Of a stretch of DNA of 32,000 nucleotides, positions 7,618 through 17,031 are shown in pieces. Both the position numbers and the translations under genes were made by a program. Source of the DNA: Candidatus Methylomirabilis oxygeniifera (lineage in GTDB: Bacteria > Methylomirabilota > Methylomirabilia > Methylomirabilales > Methylomirabilaceae); the NCBI GenBank assembly GCA_000091165.1, contig FP565575.1, forward strand, positions 1,170,001-1,202,000, written 5' to 3'. The notes beneath the pieces are model-generated. The model did not search any database. It was not told the origin of the DNA and saw nothing but the letters and a program-made list of their open reading frames with translations. How positions within the stretch are numbered: the first letter of the stretch is position 1; the number at the start of each line of letters is the position of its first letter.

Positions 7618-8180
7618 TGAGTATGGTGTTCGACTTCCTGGCTCACTTGCTCTGGCGCATCGAGTATGGCCACGTACGGAAGGGCCCGCCCCTGCCCATA
7701 GGCGTCCAGGCCGTAGCCGATCATCCAGGCATCGGGTACCTCAAAGCCGACATAGTCCGCGCGGATGGCCACCTGCCGCCGACTCGGCTTATCCAGGAGC
7801 ACGCAGGTACGCAGCCAGCTCGGGTCCTTAGCGGCAAGATGCGCGCAGACCATGCCGAGCGTCCGCCCAGAATCCAGGATGTCATCCACGAGCAGCACCG
7901 TACGCCCCGTAAGATCCAATGCACTGTCCTTGTAAAGCTGCACCAGCCCACTGGAAGCCACCAACGGGCCGTAGTGCGAGACGGACATCAGGTCGACCTC
8001 GGGCTCTATCCCAAGACGGGCCAGTGCCCGCACCAGATCGCCCAGGAAAATAAACGCACCGGTGAGCAGACCAATCAGAACCGGCGTCGGCTCGGGCAGG
8101 TCCTGGGCGATCGCGCGCGCCAATTCCTGCACCCGTATCGCAATAGTCTTCTCGTCGAAGAGAACCCGATGGTTAAGCAC
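7614..8180 (-). CDS. hpt: Hypoxanthine(-guanine) phosphoribosyltransferase
   Basis: 188 aa; it has VLLVDDILDSGRTL as the PRPP loop, and LTGAFIFLGDLVRAL and VGFEVPD are typical Hpt segments. The start at 8180 is GTG. Confidence 0.92.
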   Translation of the reverse strand: MLNHRVLFDEKTIAIRVQELARAIAQDLPEPTPVLIGLLTGAFIFLGDLVRALARLGIEPEVDLMSVSHYGPLVASSGLVQLYKDSALDLTGRTVLLVDDILDSGRTLGMVCAHLAAKDPSWLRTCVLLDKPSRRQVAIRADYVGFEVPDAWMIGYGLDAYGQGRALPYVAILDAPEQVSQEVEHHTQ

Positions 8181-8213
8181 TCTTCTCTGATCCTTTTTCT
8201 TAGGGTTCGGCCA

Positions 8214-9530
8214 CTACCGACCGACCATCTCACCTTGCAGGTACAAAGGGGTCGCTCCCGTGATTGCTACGGAGACAAAGCTGCCGTCTACTACCCCTTC
8301 ACCTCCAAAATGGACAATCTTATTCTGTCTGGTCCGACCGGTATGGCGATCGGTATTCCCCTTGGCATCTTCACGATTCACCAGCACCTCGACTGTTCGG
8401 CCAAGATACGCACGGTTGCGCTCCAGCGACAGACGGTTCATGAGCGCAAGCGCCTGCTCCAGCCAACGGCCTTTCGCCTCCTCAGAGAGCTGATCAGGCA
8501 TCCGTTCCGCCTCTGTGTGGGGTCTCGGCGAATACTTGAACATGAAGGCGCCATCGAACCCAACCTCCTGCATCAGATCCAGAGTCGCCTGAAAGTCCTC
8601 CTCCGTTTCACCGGGAAACCCGACAATAACATCCGTGGTGATCGCGATCTCGGGTGTTCTGGCGCGCAGTAGTGCGATCTTTTTCAGGTACTCATCCCGA
8701 GTGTGGCCGCGCTTCATTTGATACAGGATCCGATCCGAGCCGGACTGAACAGGTAGATGGATCTGTTCGCACAGACTCGGCAACGCCGCGATGGCTGCTG
8801 CCAGCTCGTCGGTCACATCGAGGGGATGCGGACTCGTAAACCGAACCCGCATCTGACTGTCTACGAGTTGATCGATCTGTCGGAGCAGCTCCACGAAGCT
8901 GATCGGAGGCGTGAGCTTCCTTCCGTAGGAGTTGACCGTTTGCCCCAGGAGCGTGACCTCGCGATACCCCTGGCGCTTGAGCCCTCTGATCTCCTCCACG
9001 ATCTCCTGCGGGGGACGGCTACGCTCACGACCTCGAGTGAAAGGAACCACGCAAAAGGTACAGAAGTGATCACACCCCTCCATGATGCTGACCCAGGCCC
9101 TGATATTGCTTTGGCGCTGAACCGGCGCGTCCACAGGGTAAGAATAGCCAGGCGCTCGCGTCGTCACAACGCTTCTTGTGGCCCCTGTCTGAAGCAACGA
9201 CGGAATGGCCGTAAGCTGAGCGGGACCAACCACAAAGTCCAGGTAGGGAAAACGGTTGAGCAGCACCTGTCCTTCCTGCTGCGCGACACATCCGCAGATA
9301 CCGATCTTCAGTCCGGCACGTTCCCGCTTCAGCACCTGAAAGGATCCGAGACGGCTATAGACCTTATGTTCCGCCTTCTCACGGATCGCACAGGTATTCA
9401 GAAGAATCAGATCAGCCTCTTCCTCACATTCGGTGAGGGTGTACCCCTCATTGTGCAGGAGCCCGGTAATCCGCTCCGAATCAAGATCGTTGGCCTGACA
9501 GCCAAAGGTGATCAGCTTCAGCTTAGGCAC
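8214..9530 (-). CDS. miaB: tRNA-i6A37 methylthiotransferase MiaB
   Basis: 438 aa; has the N-terminal UPF0004 motif TFGCQANDLDSE, the radical SAM motif GCDHFCTFCVVP and a C-terminal TRAM-like end. GTG start at 9530, 2 nt after the upstream stop. Confidence 0.95.
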   Translation of the reverse strand: MPKLKLITFGCQANDLDSERITGLLHNEGYTLTECEEEADLILLNTCAIREKAEHKVYSRLGSFQVLKRERAGLKIGICGCVAQQEGQVLLNRFPYLDFVVGPAQLTAIPSLLQTGATRSVVTTRAPGYSYPVDAPVQRQSNIRAWVSIMEGCDHFCTFCVVPFTRGRERSRPPQEIVEEIRGLKRQGYREVTLLGQTVNSYGRKLTPPISFVELLRQIDQLVDSQMRVRFTSPHPLDVTDELAAAIAALPSLCEQIHLPVQSGSDRILYQMKRGHTRDEYLKKIALLRARTPEIAITTDVIVGFPGETEEDFQATLDLMQEVGFDGAFMFKYSPRPHTEAERMPDQLSEEAKGRWLEQALALMNRLSLERNRAYLGRTVEVLVNREDAKGNTDRHTGRTRQNKIVHFGGEGVVDGSFVSVAITGATPLYLQGEMVGR

Positions 9531-9532
9531 CG

Positions 9533-10738
9533 TTAACCTTTTCGAAGCGCGCCAAGCGCTCGTTCGATCCGCTCCGCTCCCTTACCGATGCTGTCCATTC
9601 CCGTCGCGTAGGAAAGGCGAAGATGTGCATCGCTTCCGAATTCGCTCCCTGGAACCGATACAACGTGGGCGGTCTGCAGGAGGTAGGCCGCCATTTCAGT
9701 GGAATTGCGAATCGGACGGTCGTCGGCCGCTGTTCCGTAGAACGTGGAGACATTCGGGAAAAGATAGAACGCGCCTTCAGGGTTTGTACATGTGATACCG
9801 GGGATAGCATTCAGGCGACTGATAAGATATTTCCGACGCCGATCGAATTCAACCACCATCGCCCGAAGATCATCATGCGGGCCGAGCAACGCGGCAACGG
9901 CAGCCTTCTGTGCGATCGAGGTCGGGTTCGACGTGACCTGGCTTTGGATGGTACTCATCGCCTTGACGATCTCCGCCGGTCCTGCCGCGTACCCGATCCG
10001 CCAGCCGGTCATGGCATACGCCTTGGAGACGGTATTGACAACAATCGTTCGCCTCTTGACCTGCTCATCGAGCGACGCGATACTCATGTGAGCATGCCCG
10101 TCGTAGGTCAGAGACTCATACGCCTCGTCCGAAATCACCAGCAGGTCTCGCTCCACCACCAGCGCGGCGATGGCCCGCAACTGTTCCAGCGGGATCATTG
10201 CGCCGGTCGGGTTGCACGGACTGTTGAGCAGGATCGCTTTGGTCTTCGGTGTAATGGCCGACTCCAGCGCCGCTCGGGTCAGGTGGAATCCGTCCTCTTC
10301 CCGCGTCGGCACGATAACCGGTCGCGCGTCGACAAGGCGAATCTGTTCCGTATACGTGACCCAGTAGGGGGCCGGAATGATGATCTCGTCGCCGGATTCG
10401 AACAGTGCCTCAGCGATATTGAACAGCGAGTGCTTCGACCCGCACGAGACGATTACCTCTGCCGGACCGTAGGAGAGGCCGTTATCGCGCTTTAGCTTGG
10501 TGATGATCGCCTGTTTTAACTCATCGATACCGGCCGCGGCCGTGTATCGTGTGAATCCCTCGCGGATCGCGGTAATTGCCGCTTCCTTGATATGATCCGG
10601 CGTCTCAAAATCCGGCTCTCCGAGTCCAAAGTCCACAACATCGATCCCTTCCGCCTTCATCTGTTTGGCGATTGCAGCCATAGCTAGCGTGGCAGAGGGA
10701 CTGGTATTCTTCGCGCGAGTTGAGAGATGCACCGCCAT
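9533..10738 (-). CDS. PLP-dependent aminotransferase, class I (aspartate aminotransferase-like)
   Basis: 401 aa; GEPDF, NSPCNPTG and the PLP-lysine motif SKAYAMTGWRIGY are all present. ATG at 10738 with a GGAGA SD. Confidence 0.92.
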   Translation of the reverse strand: MAVHLSTRAKNTSPSATLAMAAIAKQMKAEGIDVVDFGLGEPDFETPDHIKEAAITAIREGFTRYTAAAGIDELKQAIITKLKRDNGLSYGPAEVIVSCGSKHSLFNIAEALFESGDEIIIPAPYWVTYTEQIRLVDARPVIVPTREEDGFHLTRAALESAITPKTKAILLNSPCNPTGAMIPLEQLRAIAALVVERDLLVISDEAYESLTYDGHAHMSIASLDEQVKRRTIVVNTVSKAYAMTGWRIGYAAGPAEIVKAMSTIQSQVTSNPTSIAQKAAVAALLGPHDDLRAMVVEFDRRRKYLISRLNAIPGITCTNPEGAFYLFPNVSTFYGTAADDRPIRNSTEMAAYLLQTAHVVSVPGSEFGSDAHLRLSYATGMDSIGKGAERIERALGALRKG

Positions 10739-10778
10739 GGTTTTTGTCTCCGTATTCAGCCTGTCTCCGTTGTACTCG

Positions 10779-11264
10779 CTAACGCGAGCTGATCCGCTCC
10801 TTGAGCATCCGTTCCACCATCGGCGTGACGAATTGGGACACGTCCCCGCCGAGTAGAGCCACCTCCTTGACCAGTCGAGAGCTGAGATAAGAATACTGCT
10901 CGTGAGGCATAAGGAAGACCGTCTCGATCTCTTCGTTCAGCTTTCGATTCATTAATGCCATCTGAAATTCGTATTCGAAGTCGGAGAGGGCGCGGAGACC
11001 GCGGATGACAACGCGCGCGCCCCGTTGATGCATATAATCCACCAGCAAACCGTCAAAGGAGTCGATAGAGACGCCTCGCATGTCTCTGACGGCGTCCCGA
11101 ATGATCCGCTGCCGCTCCACAAGGCTGAACAGCGCGGCCTTCTCCGGGTTGGTGCTCACAGCAATCACCACACGAGAAAAAAGACGGCGCGCCCGCCTGG
11201 CGATATCGATGTGGCCGACGGTGAACGGATCGAAGGTCCCGGCGTAGACAGCCAGCGTCGTCAC
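10779..11264 (-). CDS. coaD: Phosphopantetheine adenylyltransferase
   Basis: 161 aa; AVYAGTFDPFTVGHIDI (the T/HxGH motif) and VRGLRALSDFEYE are present. GTG start overlaps the rsmD stop as GTGA. Confidence 0.94.
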   Translation of the reverse strand: MTTLAVYAGTFDPFTVGHIDIARRARRLFSRVVIAVSTNPEKAALFSLVERQRIIRDAVRDMRGVSIDSFDGLLVDYMHQRGARVVIRGLRALSDFEYEFQMALMNRKLNEEIETVFLMPHEQYSYLSSRLVKEVALLGGDVSQFVTPMVERMLKERISSR

Positions 11265-11818
11265 ATTACCTCCCGTCGATACAGTTGAAGGGCGGCATCG
11301 CCATGCCGGACCTCGCGAATAAGCGCCAGCCCGTCAGGGACGTGAATCGGGGCGACCTTTGTCGATCGTTCCAGGATCGCCGTGCCGGTCGGCGCCAGGA
11401 GCTCCATCGACGCGATCAGGCCGATGACCGCCTCCGCATCGGCGTGCAGGTACGGCGGATCCAGAAAGATCAGATCAAATCGTTGTGACCCGCAGACTGC
11501 CCGGCGCAAATACCGCAGAACCTCCATCGAAACCACCTGAGCCCGGTCGCGAAACCCCGACGTGTCGAGGTTTCGGTAGAGCATCGTAAGGGCCGACCGA
11601 TCGTGCTCAACGAACACCGCCGTCGCGGCGCCACGGCTGAGCGCTTCGATCCCCACCGCTCCGGTTCCCGCATACAGGTCGAGAAACGTCCTGCCTTCGA
11701 CCTGTTGCGCCAGCAGATTGAAGAGAACCTCGCGAAGATAGTCCGAGGTCGGCCTCGTCATTCTTCCGCGAGGAGCCAGTATCCGTCGCCCCCTGGCGAG
11801 ACCGCCGATGACCCTCAT
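11261..11818 (-). CDS. rsmD: 16S rRNA (guanine966-N2)-methyltransferase RsmD
   Basis: Canonical N-terminus MRVIGGLARGRRILAP...TRPTSDYLREVLFN plus FLDPPY. I place the start at ATG 11818 rather than the ORF-track start at 11902, because that 28-aa extension is non-homologous and would overlap the rpmB promoter. Confidence 0.9.
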   Translation of the reverse strand: MRVIGGLARGRRILAPRGRMTRPTSDYLREVLFNLLAQQVEGRTFLDLYAGTGAVGIEALSRGAATAVFVEHDRSALTMLYRNLDTSGFRDRAQVVSMEVLRYLRRAVCGSQRFDLIFLDPPYLHADAEAVIGLIASMELLAPTGTAILERSTKVAPIHVPDGLALIREVRHGDAALQLYRREVM

Positions 11819-11850
11819 GAGTCGTATCAACCAGATCCGTGCTTCTGTAC

Positions 11851-11879
11851 TTGATTTTAGTGAGTGACCGCCGTATAAT
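11851..11879 (+). promoter_or_regulatory. Near-consensus sigma70 promoter for rpmB
   Basis: TTGATT (11851-11856), a 17-nt spacer, then TATAAT (11874-11879). It lies 60 nt upstream of the rpmB ATG, which carries a GGAGG SD. Confidence 0.55.
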
Positions 11880-11938
11880 TCTGCCTTGTCGTAAACGAGC
11901 ATTCAATCATTATCACATCAACTATCGGAGGTACGGTC

Positions 11939-12142
11939 ATGCCGATTACGCATTCCAGCCAATGTGAGCTATGCGGACGAGGTCCGAAGGTCAGCCGTCA
12001 GGTCAGCCATGCCCACAACGTCAGCAAGCGCCGTCAGCAGATTAACGTCTCGCGTCATCACGTTGTTATGAATGGGGCTCGACGCTATATCGCACTCTGT
12101 ACCCGCTGTCTGCGATCCGGGCTCGTGCAAAAGGCCGGATGA
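11939..12142 (+). CDS. rpmB: 50S ribosomal protein L28 (Cys-rich, putative zinc-binding C+ form)
   Basis: 67 aa; CELCGRGPKVSRQVSHAHNVSKRRQQINV matches the L28 N-terminal signature. Two CxxC pairs are present (CELC and CTRC). It is the only plus-strand gene in the window. Confidence 0.9.
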   Translation: MPITHSSQCELCGRGPKVSRQVSHAHNVSKRRQQINVSRHHVVMNGARRYIALCTRCLRSGLVQKAG

Positions 12143-12147
12143 ACACA

Positions 12148-12202
12148 AGCAGCCATCAGCCAACAGCTGTTAGCTCACAACTGAAAGCTGATCGCTGCTT
12201 TT
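12148..12202. terminator. Hairpin between convergent rpmB and rel (possible bidirectional terminator)
   Basis: AGCAGCCATCAGC (12148-12160) pairs with GCTGATCGCTGCT (12187-12199), giving 12 of 13 bp, and is followed by TTT. The loop is long (26 nt) and contains the palindrome AACAGCTGTT, so this is not a textbook terminator. Confidence 0.35.
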
Positions 12203-12204
12203 AA

Positions 12205-14394
12205 TCAGCCGCGGATGCGCTCGACTCCCATCACTCCATCAATCTGACGAATCGCTCCCATCGCGCCCTCGAGCTGCTTCAGGTTGGACACCTCAAGCGT
12301 AAAGGTGTTCAACCCCTTCCGGTCTTCTGTCACGCGTATATCAGCCTGGGCAATATTAATCTTGCTCGCGGAGATTGCCGCGCTGATCGCAGCTAAGATT
12401 CCGGGCCGGTCCGTCCCGATCATCACGCGGATTTTAACCTGGTGGGCGACCTTCGGTGCCGCCTCCCAAGAGACGTTGATTTTTCGTTCCGGGTCGTACA
12501 GGAGTTGGTCTATATTAGAGCAATCCGCAGCGTGAACCGAGACGCCGCGTCCACGCGTGATAAAACCGACAATCTCATCGCCGGGAAGCGGGCTGCAGCA
12601 TCTAGCAAACCGAATGAGAAAATCGTGCGCCCCCAAGAGACTGACCCCATCATCCGGCTGCTGCCGAACCTTTCGCTCCGGCCTCACCTCTCCTTCATGC
12701 GGCAACTCCTCCGCGGGTAAGAGCTTGGCTATGGCCTGCCGAGGGGAGAGCTTGCCATAACCGACGGTCGCAAAAAAATCGTCCGGGGCCGCATAGCCGC
12801 AGGCGGCGAGAACCTTCGTGACCGTCTCCGGCTTAAGAATCTGAGCCGGGCTCTTACCTAGTCGCCGAAGCTCCTTCTCCAGCAGATCCTTTCCAAGACT
12901 GATACTCCGAACCTTCTCTTCGTTTTTGATCCACTGTTTGATCCGTCCCCTCGCCCGCGAGGTTTTGACGAGCTTCAGCCAGTCACGGCTTGGATGGTGC
13001 TTTGAGTCGGTCAGGATCTCGATAATGTCGCCATGCTGCAGTTCGTACCGCAGGGGGACCAGGCGGCCATTCGCCCTGGCCCCCACGCAGGTCATGCCGA
13101 TATCGGAGTGGACACCGAAGGCAAAGTCGATAGGACACGCCCCCTTCGGAAAGGTCTTCACATCTCCTTTTGGCGTGAAAACGTAGACCTCTTCCGGAAA
13201 CAAGTCTACCTTGACCGTTTCCAGGAACTCCCGGCTGTCTTTCAGATCGCGCTGCCACTCCAGGAGCTGTCGAATCCACGCGAACCCTTTGTCGGCCTGG
13301 TCGAACCCTGCCTTCCCCTCCTTGTAGACCCAATGGGCCGCAATCCCCTCCTCTGCCGTTTTATGCATCTCATGAGTTCGAATCTGAATCTCTACCGGTT
13401 CGCCGACCGGGCCGATTACGGTCGTGTGCAACGATTGATACATGTTCGACTTCGGCATGGCGATGAAATCCTTAAATCGACCCGGAATCGGTTTCCACAG
13501 CGAGTGGATGACGCCCAGCGACCCGTAGCAGTCCTTGACCGATTCGGTGATCACCCGGACCGCCGTCAGGTCGTAAATCTCATCGAATTCCTTGTGTTGA
13601 TCACGCATCTTCTTGTAAATGCTATAGAAATGCTTTGGACGACCGATGATCCTGGCCCGAATACCGACCTCGGTTAATTTCTGCTGAAGGATTCCGATGG
13701 CCTCGTTAATATCCTTCTCGCGCTCTCGTCGTTTTTTTGCGATCCGTGCGGACAGATCCTGATAGACCTCGCGCTCAAGGTGGCGGAGCGCCAAATCTTC
13801 GAACTCGGCCTTCATCCAATAGATACCGAGACGGTGGGCGATCGGCGCGTAGATATCGAGGGTCTCTCGGGCAATCAGCCGACGCTTCTCCTCCCGAAGC
13901 GGTTCAAGGGTTCGCATATTGTGGAGCCGATCAGCCAGTTTGATCAGGATGACCCGGATATCCTTCGACATCGCCAGCACCATCTTTCGAAGACTCTCGG
14001 CCTGATGCTCCAGGCGACTGCCGAAGGGGAGCTTACTGATCTTTGTGAGGCCGTCGACCAGATCACCGATCTCATCGCCAAAGGCCTCCTTGACCTCTTC
14101 CAGAGAGGCGTGGGTATCCTCGACCACATCGTGCAGAAGAGCGGCGGCGATACTCGCCACATCCATCTTGAGATTCAGCACGATCTCAGCGACCGCTATC
14201 GGGTGCGAGAGGTACGGCTCTCCCGAGACTCGTTCCTGGCCTTTATGTACCCTGGCGGCAAAGTCATAGGCCCGTTGCAGCAGGGCGACATCCGCGTCAG
14301 GCAACGCAGCGCGAACACGTTCAATAATCGGCTCGATTCCCATAGTGTCCGTGCCTATCATTGTTGATCTGTTCAGGGACTGTCCCGTAGCCAT
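12205..14394 (-). CDS. rel: Bifunctional (p)ppGpp synthetase/hydrolase (RelA/SpoT homolog)
   Basis: 729 aa; has an HD hydrolase domain (HPIAVAEIV...LLHDVVEDT), a synthetase domain (YQSLHTTV), a TGS domain (VFTPKGDVKTFPKGACPIDFAF) and a C-terminal ACT domain. The true start may be an internal Met (M12 or M18); see findings. Confidence 0.95.
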   Translation of the reverse strand: MATGQSLNRSTMIGTDTMGIEPIIERVRAALPDADVALLQRAYDFAARVHKGQERVSGEPYLSHPIAVAEIVLNLKMDVASIAAALLHDVVEDTHASLEEVKEAFGDEIGDLVDGLTKISKLPFGSRLEHQAESLRKMVLAMSKDIRVILIKLADRLHNMRTLEPLREEKRRLIARETLDIYAPIAHRLGIYWMKAEFEDLALRHLEREVYQDLSARIAKKRREREKDINEAIGILQQKLTEVGIRARIIGRPKHFYSIYKKMRDQHKEFDEIYDLTAVRVITESVKDCYGSLGVIHSLWKPIPGRFKDFIAMPKSNMYQSLHTTVIGPVGEPVEIQIRTHEMHKTAEEGIAAHWVYKEGKAGFDQADKGFAWIRQLLEWQRDLKDSREFLETVKVDLFPEEVYVFTPKGDVKTFPKGACPIDFAFGVHSDIGMTCVGARANGRLVPLRYELQHGDIIEILTDSKHHPSRDWLKLVKTSRARGRIKQWIKNEEKVRSISLGKDLLEKELRRLGKSPAQILKPETVTKVLAACGYAAPDDFFATVGYGKLSPRQAIAKLLPAEELPHEGEVRPERKVRQQPDDGVSLLGAHDFLIRFARCCSPLPGDEIVGFITRGRGVSVHAADCSNIDQLLYDPERKINVSWEAAPKVAHQVKIRVMIGTDRPGILAAISAAISASKINIAQADIRVTEDRKGLNTFTLEVSNLKQLEGAMGAIRQIDGVMGVERIRG

Positions 14395-14490
14395 TATAAC
14401 ACTTTATTTTTAGCACATTTTCGCGGACTTTCCAAAGGCTTTCAGGAGCGTTTACCTTGATACGAGGCTTACCTTCTTCATCAGATGCGC

Positions 14491-15156
14491 CTAGCGTTCC
14501 AGCACGCTTAGAATCTCCTCTTGCCGGATGGGACCCTCTCTCATAATGATGGGCGGGTCCGTGGTCACGTCTATGACAGTCGAGGGACTCCCGCCGACCA
14601 CAGGTCCCCCATCCAGGACCAGGTCTACCTGATCTCCCAACTGGTGGAGCACCTCATACGCGTTCATGGGATCTTTCTGTCCCGAGCGGTTCGCACTTGT
14701 CCCGGTCACGGGGCCGCCGAACTGGCGGATCAGGGCAAGCGCAACGGCCGAATCGGGAACCCTGAGACCGATCCGACCGGTCTCGGCGGTCAGCAGTGCG
14801 CAGACCGTGCGAGGAGCCGTCACGACGAGGGTAAGCGGACCGGGCCACCAACGCTCGGCAAGCCGAACGGCCGCCTCAGGCAGTTCACCGACCAGTTGGA
14901 TCGCCATCGTCAAATCGGCTACCAGCAGCGGGATAGGCTTTATCAGGCTACGGCCCTTTGCCTCAAAGACCCGCTCGACTGCAAGGGGGTTCGAGGCATC
15001 AGCTCCGAGGGCGTACAAGGTATCGGTAGGAAACGCTACCAGGCCGCCGCTACGGAGAACCGATGCCGCTTGCGCCACAGCGGACGGTGACGGAGACTGA
15101 GGCGTGACGGCAAGCCTCAGCGCTTGGGCGTTCGGTCGGTCACCTGCTCGAACCAT
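14491..15156 (-). CDS. tsaC: L-threonylcarbamoyladenylate synthase (TsaC/YrdC type)
   Basis: YrdC-domain motifs are present: VAFPTDTLYALGADASNPLAVERVFEAKGRSLIKPIPLLV and GTSANRSG. I prefer ATG 15156 over the ORF-track GTG at 15231; either start overlaps the 3' end of the upstream SBP gene. Confidence 0.85.
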   Translation of the reverse strand: MVRAGDRPNAQALRLAVTPQSPSPSAVAQAASVLRSGGLVAFPTDTLYALGADASNPLAVERVFEAKGRSLIKPIPLLVADLTMAIQLVGELPEAAVRLAERWWPGPLTLVVTAPRTVCALLTAETGRIGLRVPDSAVALALIRQFGGPVTGTSANRSGQKDPMNAYEVLHQLGDQVDLVLDGGPVVGGSPSTVIDVTTDPPIIMREGPIRQEEILSVLER

Positions 15157-16313
15157 CCTTGAAAGCTGCCCCCTTTCTTCACCTGATAGATTACGTATGG
15201 CGGCTTGAGCCGATCCCCCTTCGCATCCCACCGAAGCTCACCGAGGGCGCCGAGATAGGTCATCCGATGCAAGTGCTGCGACACTCGAAGCAAATGGGAC
15301 CGTGATGCCGCCTTTGGTTTGGCGCGGGCAATAGCCGTAAAAAGGGCGCCTGCTGCGTCGTACGCATATAGCGTATATGGGCCGATAGCGCCATACCGAT
15401 CGTGAAAGCGTTTGATGGCAGCCTCGGCCGACGGCAGCAGCATCGGGTCTGGGGCAAAGGTCAAATAGGTGCCTGCGGCTGCCGTCTCTCCGGCCACATT
15501 GATAAACTCCATCCCGAACACCCCATCCCCGCTGACTAACGTCGCCTTGATGCCCTGTTCCCGAAGCCGTTTCGCGAGCAGACCGCCCTCGTGAAACAAG
15601 CCTCCGAAATAGACCAGGTCCGGTTCCTCCGTCTTGATCTGTTCGATTACAGAACCAATATCCTTTCCGCCCGATGAAATCGCCATGCTGGTCACGCGGA
15701 GGCTGCGCTGCGCCCGTACGATCCGTCTCTTGAACGCCTCTGCCAGCGCCCGCCCATAAGCCGTCTGATCGTGCAGGATCACGACTCGGCGCGGGCGAAG
15801 CGACTCGAGGACGAACTCTGCCGCTACTCGCCCCTGCTGATCGTCCCGCCCGCACGTGCGAAAGAGGCTCATGAACCCCTGCTCTGTAAGTCGCGGGTCG
15901 GTACTTGATGGGGTAATCTGCGGGATTCCGGCAGCGTGATAGATCGCCGACGCCGGGAACGAGCCTGCCGACGTCAGGTGGCCGATCACCCCCCAGACTC
16001 CTGCCTGCACCAATCGTTTTGCCGCAGTCACCGCTTCTGCCGGATCGTTACGGTCGTCCTCCAGCAAGAGGTGAATGCGACGCCCCAGGATGCCCCCCTT
16101 TTCGTTCCACTCCTCGGCAGCAAGCGCAACAGCGTCCCGGACATATCGGCCCATGTGAGCAAGGTCGCCCGACATCGGCCCGACAACCCCGATGGTGATC
16201 TCGGATGCCTCGATCTGCGACGTTCCCGCGGCCCTCGCAGGTGAAGCTACCGAGAGAGCCAGTACAAGCAGTGTCATGATGACAGCGAACGCCGCACGTT
16301 CAATCTTGAACAT
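15117..16313 (-). CDS. Branched-chain amino acid ABC transporter substrate-binding protein (LivK/LivJ-like), Arg-rich paralog
   Basis: Signal peptide MFKIERAAFAVIMTLLVLALSVASPARAAG, followed by the type I periplasmic binding fold motifs GVVGPMSGD and FRTCGRDDQQG. Start placed at ATG 16313; the track start at 16358 is GTG and sits inside livF. Confidence 0.9.
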   Translation of the reverse strand: MFKIERAAFAVIMTLLVLALSVASPARAAGTSQIEASEITIGVVGPMSGDLAHMGRYVRDAVALAAEEWNEKGGILGRRIHLLLEDDRNDPAEAVTAAKRLVQAGVWGVIGHLTSAGSFPASAIYHAAGIPQITPSSTDPRLTEQGFMSLFRTCGRDDQQGRVAAEFVLESLRPRRVVILHDQTAYGRALAEAFKRRIVRAQRSLRVTSMAISSGGKDIGSVIEQIKTEEPDLVYFGGLFHEGGLLAKRLREQGIKATLVSGDGVFGMEFINVAGETAAAGTYLTFAPDPMLLPSAEAAIKRFHDRYGAIGPYTLYAYDAAGALFTAIARAKPKAASRSHLLRVSQHLHRMTYLGALGELRWDAKGDRLKPPYVIYQVKKGGSFQGWFEQVTDRTPKR

Positions 16314-16326
16314 TGAACGCTGCACG

Positions 16327-17031
16327 TTACTCGCCAAGATAGGCACTTCGGACCTCACCGTTGGCCATCAGTGTTTCGGCATCATCGGCAAGCACGATCT
16401 GGCCAACCTCCATGACATACCCTTTGGCCGCGATCCGCAGAGCCATATGTGCGTTTTGCTCGACCAGCAGAATCGTTGTCGATTGGGCATTGATCTCTCG
16501 AATCACCTCGAAGATGGTCTCCACCAATTTGGGGGCCAGCCCGAGCGACGGTTCATCCAACAGCAGGAGCCGTGGGCGCGCCATCAGGGCGCGACCGATC
16601 GCCAGCATCTGCTGTTCCCCGCCGGAAAGCGTCCCGCCAAGTTGTGACCGGCGGTCTTTGAGAAGCGGGAAGAGTTGGAATACCCGATCGAGGTCGTGGC
16701 GGACCTCGGCGGCCTTCGCGCGGGTGTAGGCGCCCATCTCCAGATTTTCCAGGACGGTCAGCGTTGGAAAGATTCTCCGCCCCTCCGGGACCTGCGAAAT
16801 GCCGCGCTGGACGATGGTATGGGCCGGAAGGTGCGTCAGTTCCTCGCCTTCGAAGATGATCCGTCCGCTGGTCAGTCTCAGGATTCCTGAAATCGTCATC
16901 AATGTCGACGATTTCCCGGCCCCGTTCGCGCCGATCAGCGTGACGATCTGGCCCTGTTCCACCTCAAGACTGATGCCCCTGAGGGCATGGATGGCGCCAT
17001 AATGGAGATGCACCTCCTTCAGGCTAAGCAT
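16327..17031 (-). CDS. livF: Branched-chain amino acid ABC transporter ATP-binding protein LivF
   Basis: 234 aa; has Walker A GANGAGKSS, the signature LSGGEQQMLAIGRAL and Walker B LLLLDEPS. ATG at 17031 overlaps the upstream stop by 8 nt. Confidence 0.93.
   Translation of the reverse strand: MLSLKEVHLHYGAIHALRGISLEVEQGQIVTLIGANGAGKSSTLMTISGILRLTSGRIIFEGEELTHLPAHTIVQRGISQVPEGRRIFPTLTVLENLEMGAYTRAKAAEVRHDLDRVFQLFPLLKDRRSQLGGTLSGGEQQMLAIGRALMARPRLLLLDEPSLGLAPKLVETIFEVIREINAQSTTILLVEQNAHMALRIAAKGYVMEVGQIVLADDAETLMANGEVRSAYLGE

Noticed and set aside
7560-8672. 370-aa plus-strand ORF
   Set aside because: It is antisense to hpt and miaB, both of which have unmistakable family motifs. The translation is Arg/Pro/His-rich with no motif, as expected for an open off-frame in GC-rich DNA.
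9623-10495. 290-aa plus-strand ORF
   Set aside because: It is antisense to the aminotransferase gene, which carries the SKAYAMTGWRIGY PLP motif. The ORF is an Arg-rich shadow.
11819-11902. 28-aa N-terminal extension of rsmD in the ORF track
   Set aside because: The canonical RsmD N-terminus (MRVIGG...) starts at ATG 11818. The extension is non-homologous and overlaps the rpmB promoter.
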